Below, piece after piece: positions 59,901 to 64,000 of a stretch of 64,000 nucleotides of DNA. The stretch's first letter is position 1; each line of letters starts with the position of its first letter. The translations under genes and the position numbers were made by a program. Under the pieces are notes generated by a model, which did no database searches, had not been told where the DNA came from, and worked only from the letters and a program-made list of their open reading frames with translations. Source of the stretch: Heteronotia binoei (Eukaryota); NCBI RefSeq assembly GCF_032191835.1, contig NC_083239.1, forward strand, positions 30,442,001-30,506,000, read 5' to 3'.

Positions 59901-62900
59901 TTGTGCATGAGGATTCTTTCCAGGTGGTGGGGGGTGTTGTTAAAGATACTGGCACCAAAATTGCAGGGAAGGTACTGGTGACCTTTAAATTACCCCCAAA
60001 TTTCAAATCATTTGGACCAAGTGATACAGTTCCGTGGGCCCCTGAACTAGATGCCCCGAGTCATCCTAATTGCTTTCTATTGAGTGAAAAATAACCTGCA
60101 AAAAAACTGTAAAACCTGAGAAATTCACCTTTGGAAGGCTGTTGATAAATCCAACCAATGTAAAACATGAGAATCTCCACCTATGTAAAATGAATGTAAA
60201 CTGTGAGAATCTAGAAAAGGAACCCCACACGAACCAACTCCTGCAAAGAACTGAGTTTTTAAAAACAACAGCTTGGGGTTGGTACCAACGTTCCCTCTAA
60301 GCTGTGGAGTCGTGTGAGTAAGAATTCTATTTTATGAGCTATTGGAGTGAGTGATTTGACTACTGCATAAATTAGTTTGCTCTGAGGCCATCCTTTCTGA
60401 GCTAAAACAAAAATGTGTGAGCCAGAGTCACCCCCCCCCCCTGTGAGCTAGGTCATTTTAACTCAGCTTAGAGGGAACACTGATTGGCACCTAACTTTGC
60501 CGTGTTTTATTGCTGCTATTTTTGATTGACACATATTGTTGGTTTAAGGTGTTTGATTTGTTTGTTTTTTCTTAAAAAGTGACAGTTTTTAATGTAAATT
60601 GCTTTGACAGTGTTGGACTGGGGAAACCTGAGTTCACGTTCGTACTCCCATCTTGCAGCTTTCTAGGTGACCTTATGGGCCAGTCCTCCACACTCTTATC
60701 TACCTTTTGTGTTTTGAGGATAAAACAGTTTGCTTCCCTGAGCTCTTTGGAAGAGGGAAGGATAAAAGACAGTGAGAGGGGAGAAACTGTGGCTCAGTGG
60801 TAGATCATCTGCTTGGCATGCAAAAGGTCTAAGGTTCAGTCCCTGGGTGCTCCAGTTAAAAGGATCAGATATGAAGTGATGTGAAAGACCCAAGCCTGAG
60901 ACCTTGGAAAGCCACTGCCAGTCTGAGTAGACAGTATTGACTGTGATGGATTGATGGCCTGATTCAGTATAAGGCAGCTTCATATATGCACCTTGGGCAG
61001 TCTGTTTGGAATGTCATTTGGGCACTCCCATAAGTAATACAGCCCAAATGATGGGACAGTAGACCTCAAAGAGACACCACCGCCACCACACACACACACA
61101 CAGGTTCAGCAACAGAAAGCAAATTCTAAGCATGACTGCCAATGTGGGCATTCACTGGCCATTCCCAGCTCTTCTTTCTTCAAGGAAGGAGCAACAAGGT
61201 GGGGGTGGGGCTTGCTGAACCAGCAATGAGGGGCATAGCAAGGCACAATCCTACCGCTGCTTGCCAAAGGCAATTGGTACAACAGTATCCAGTTATACAT
61301 AGTAAGCCCTGCATGCTACATGTCATATGTTCATGTAACACAGTGGGTAAGTAGGTTAACTCAAAAAGGGGTAGTTGCATGCTTGGTGCAGGTTCCTGTG
61401 GAGAGCAAGAAACCAAGCCTATTTCAATCAACCCCCCCGCCTCCATTTCACACAGTCATTAGTTGTGGCTGCAGTAGCAATGGGGTAGCAACTGCTTGCA
61501 CAATCAGAGGTCTATACTTCCTGCAAGTGATCTGTCCTTAAGCACAAGATTAGCTTAGAGGTTATTCAAGCCCATCAGGGCTTCCATTATTCCTTATGAC
61601 CAGCCTCTTCCATCTTGCAAAGGGGACTGAATGAGTACATAGTACTTTTCCTAGAATGCATCTGCACAACTTGAGGTCTATCTTGCTGTGTGGAGCCTAG
61701 AAGCCATGTATTGCATCCTGTCATATGGCTTAATGGGTCACCAGCTTGCTTCAGAATATGAAATGGAGGTCTAATCTTGAGATATAAGAGAGGTTTTACT
61801 GATAGGATGACTTCTGTTTTATCTTGCAGAAGTATTAAAGAACATTGTATTAATCACTGCTCTTGTTTCTCTGCTATAATTCCTCCCTCCAAAAAATTTC
61901 AGGCTTTGCTAGAGAGAACTGGTTATACTTTGGACGTGACCACAGGCCAAAGGAAATATGGCGGCCCTCCTCCAGATACTGTTTACTCTGGTAACCAGCC
62001 TGGCATCGGCACAGAGGTTTGTATGTGGAGCTTACAAATAAAAGTACTGTTGTTTAAAATGGCACCAGCCATTGCCTCATTCTGACCATAATGAAAGTGA
62101 CTGTTAACATAGTTTCTTGTAATCAAGGTTCTGTCCCAAGGCAAAATAGGGGTTTCCTAAAGGAAAACTGTAAAAGTAGGTTGTTTTGCAGTCAAGGTGC
62201 CCCATTGAATCTATCTTTTGTAGATTGAATAGTGTCATTGAACAGTGTCACAGTAATCAGTTATGGCAGGTGTTGTAAGGATACAGCACTGTTCATACTC
62301 CTGGAAGTGAATTTTTCCCCGTTCTTGGTAAAAGAAGCTTCATTTTTCAGAAGCAGGTCTCAAAAAGCTGTCACTTTGCTTATTGATGTCGAATGCAGGT
62401 TACGTTTAAGTTGATGAATTCTTCGCCAACAGGCATGGTAGTCATAAACTACCCTTTCCTTTGAGGGTTTGTCATAACACAAGTGTGACTAGAGTGTGAC
62501 CATAAATGGGTGTAGTTAATGAGTCATTAATTAGAATTTGAAACAATTGTGTAGGAAAACTAGGTTGGAGACAAGGAAAAAGTAAACATGTAAAGGTGGA
62601 AGAACTCCAGAGCTTTCTTAATGTGACTTAAGGACATGAGCTCTGCTGGGTTAGACCAAAGTCTTATCTAGTCCTGTATTTCCAGTGACAACTAGCCAAA
62701 TCCTCATGAGAAGCCTACAAACCATACATAGAGAGAGAAGTTCTGTCAAATAGCAAATAGCAATTCTGTCATGTTTGGGGGTATTTATTATTTATTTGGT
62801 TCAGTTTCTATCCTGTCCTTCCTGCAAGTGGGCTTAGGACTGGTTACAACCTAAAACAGTTTAGGGCGGGTTGCAACATAAAACAACAATAAAATCAGAC

Positions 62901-63862
62901 TTTTAAAAGCGTATAATCTTTAACCCTAAAGCAACGGCATTCAAATTATTACAGAATATTTCCATGGTGTCCCAGTATTGAGAAAGGAGAGGGCTATTGA
63001 GAAAGGGTCGATTGAGAAAGGAGAGGGCTAAATCCCATGAGGGATTCTAGATCGGGTAGATGCCTTACTCTCAGCTAAATCAGGCAGGGGTTATCATCCA
63101 AAGTCCTCAAAAATTGAAGATCTTATAGTTGGTGATAATAGGAGGGGCCGAATGGTATTTGACATCTGCTGGCTCACAGCATTTAGTGGTACTGTGCCAC
63201 TAAATGTGAAGATTCCATTTATTTACCATGATATTCCAATAGACCTATCCTGCATGAAGGAAAGTCATCGAAGAAATATTTACAGTATCTTTGTGGGGGT
63301 AAGGCTTATGTATGCCAGAATGTTAGCATGATATCTGCTTTGTTTTTAGTTTCCCATTCTCTTTGGGTATGCTTTGTATCCCTGTTGTATTACTGTGAGG
63401 AAGATCCAAGAACTCTGTATCTAGGAAAGCCTTTAATTATTTTAACTCAGAGTCTCTGAAGTAGTATTTTTGATACTCAAGAACAGAAGTGAGGGCTTAA
63501 GAATAAAGAAGACCAAATCTTGTTAGGTTTGTTCTAAATTGTGACTGGTACGTTTAGAGTGGGACTGATAGATTCCAGTATTAAAAGGATTTGAAAAGAG
63601 AAATTGATGTTGGAGTAATTTATAAGTCACTTGCATGCTTCTGTTGTTTTTTAAAGTTCTGTTAATAGATTTAATTGTCCTTCAGGTTTTTGTTGGAAAA
63701 ATCCCTAGGGACTTGTATGAGGATGAATTGGTGCCTCTGTTTGAGAAAGCAGGCCCAATTTGGGACTTACGGCTCATGATGGATCCCCTTTCTGGTCAGA
63801 ACAGAGGCTATGCTTTCATTACTTTCTGCAGCAAAGATGCAGCACAAGAAGCAGTCAAGTTG
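56930..63862 (+). CDS. HNRNPR: Heterogeneous nuclear ribonucleoprotein R, partial CDS (5' end in gap, 3' beyond window)
   Basis: join(<56930-56958,58909-59027,59465-59575,61903-62016,63686-63862>); residues diagnostic for HNRNPR rather than SYNCRIP ([32 protein letters not shown]; DLYEDE; PLSGQNRG). Confidence 0.97.
58909..59027 (+). CDS. HNRNPR: HNRNPR coding exon 2
   Basis: (G)[39 protein letters not shown], 119 nt. Confidence 0.97.
59465..59575 (+). CDS. HNRNPR: HNRNPR coding exon 3
   Basis: [37 protein letters not shown], 111 nt. Confidence 0.97.
59740..60075. mobile_element. Degenerate hAT related to the 3265-5674 family
   Basis: 'ccgaataccgatac' subterminal motif and the shared internal module in reverse orientation at about 59945-60060. 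Confidence 0.5.
60286..60482. mobile_element. hAT MITE, 197 bp
   Basis: TIRs caacgttccctctaagctg / cagcttagagggaacactg; TSD GTTGGTAC/ATTGGCAC. Confidence 0.85.
60778..60990 (+). mobile_element. tRNA-derived SINE (Squam2-like)
   Basis: 'gtggctcagtggtagatcatctgcttggcatgcaaaaggtc..ggttcagtcc..tctgagtagacagtattgac..tgattcagtataaggcagcttc'. Confidence 0.8.
61903..62016 (+). CDS. HNRNPR: HNRNPR coding exon 4
   Basis: [38 protein letters not shown], 114 nt. Confidence 0.97.
63686..63862 (+). CDS. HNRNPR: HNRNPR coding exon 5 (RRM1)
   Basis: [59 protein letters not shown], 177 nt. Confidence 0.97.
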
Positions 63863-64000
63863 GTAAGTATTTTGTGATGGTGCCAGATATGACGGTTGCT
63901 GTTCAGATGTGGAGAAAGCTTATAAAGCTTTGAGCATGTAGATTTTTGTATTCAACAAGACAACTGTCTGTTGTCTTGTTAAGGTCAAGACTGTTGGTTA

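Noticed and set aside
60778-60860. tRNA gene
   Set aside because: Degenerate cloverleaf that continues into a SINE body found in several copies

Overview
Vertebrate genomic DNA, most likely a gecko (inferred from the SINE/LINE repertoire: Sauria/Squam1-type, Squam3-type, 5S-headed SINE, BovB, young L2). Three spliced housekeeping genes can be reconstructed exon by exon with GT-AG junctions. DNAJC8 is complete on the minus strand (9 exons, 250 aa). ATP5IF1 is complete on the plus strand (3 exons, 116 aa). HNRNPR is on the plus strand: 5' part only, its start codon falls in a 180-N gap and the gene runs off the window end. The first 19 kb has no recognisable protein gene. It is TE-rich and carries immune-type regulatory motif clusters and candidate non-coding exons, where PTAFR 5' regions would lie by human synteny (inference). 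The most notable non-genic observations are: a near-intact dimer-type hammerhead ribozyme in a Penelope-like fragment; a young 2.4-kb hAT derivative carrying a promoter/intron-like cassette and a 5x123-bp array; an internal module shared between hAT families with different TIRs; repeated hAT insertions into Pol III heads of SINEs; a 136-bp-arm palindromic MITE nested in a SINE in HNRNPR intron 1; and a fold-back 5' end on a young L2. I found no convincing wholly new gene system. Repeat family names come from recalled consensus sequences, not a database search, and TE boundaries without target-site duplications (TSDs) are approximate.
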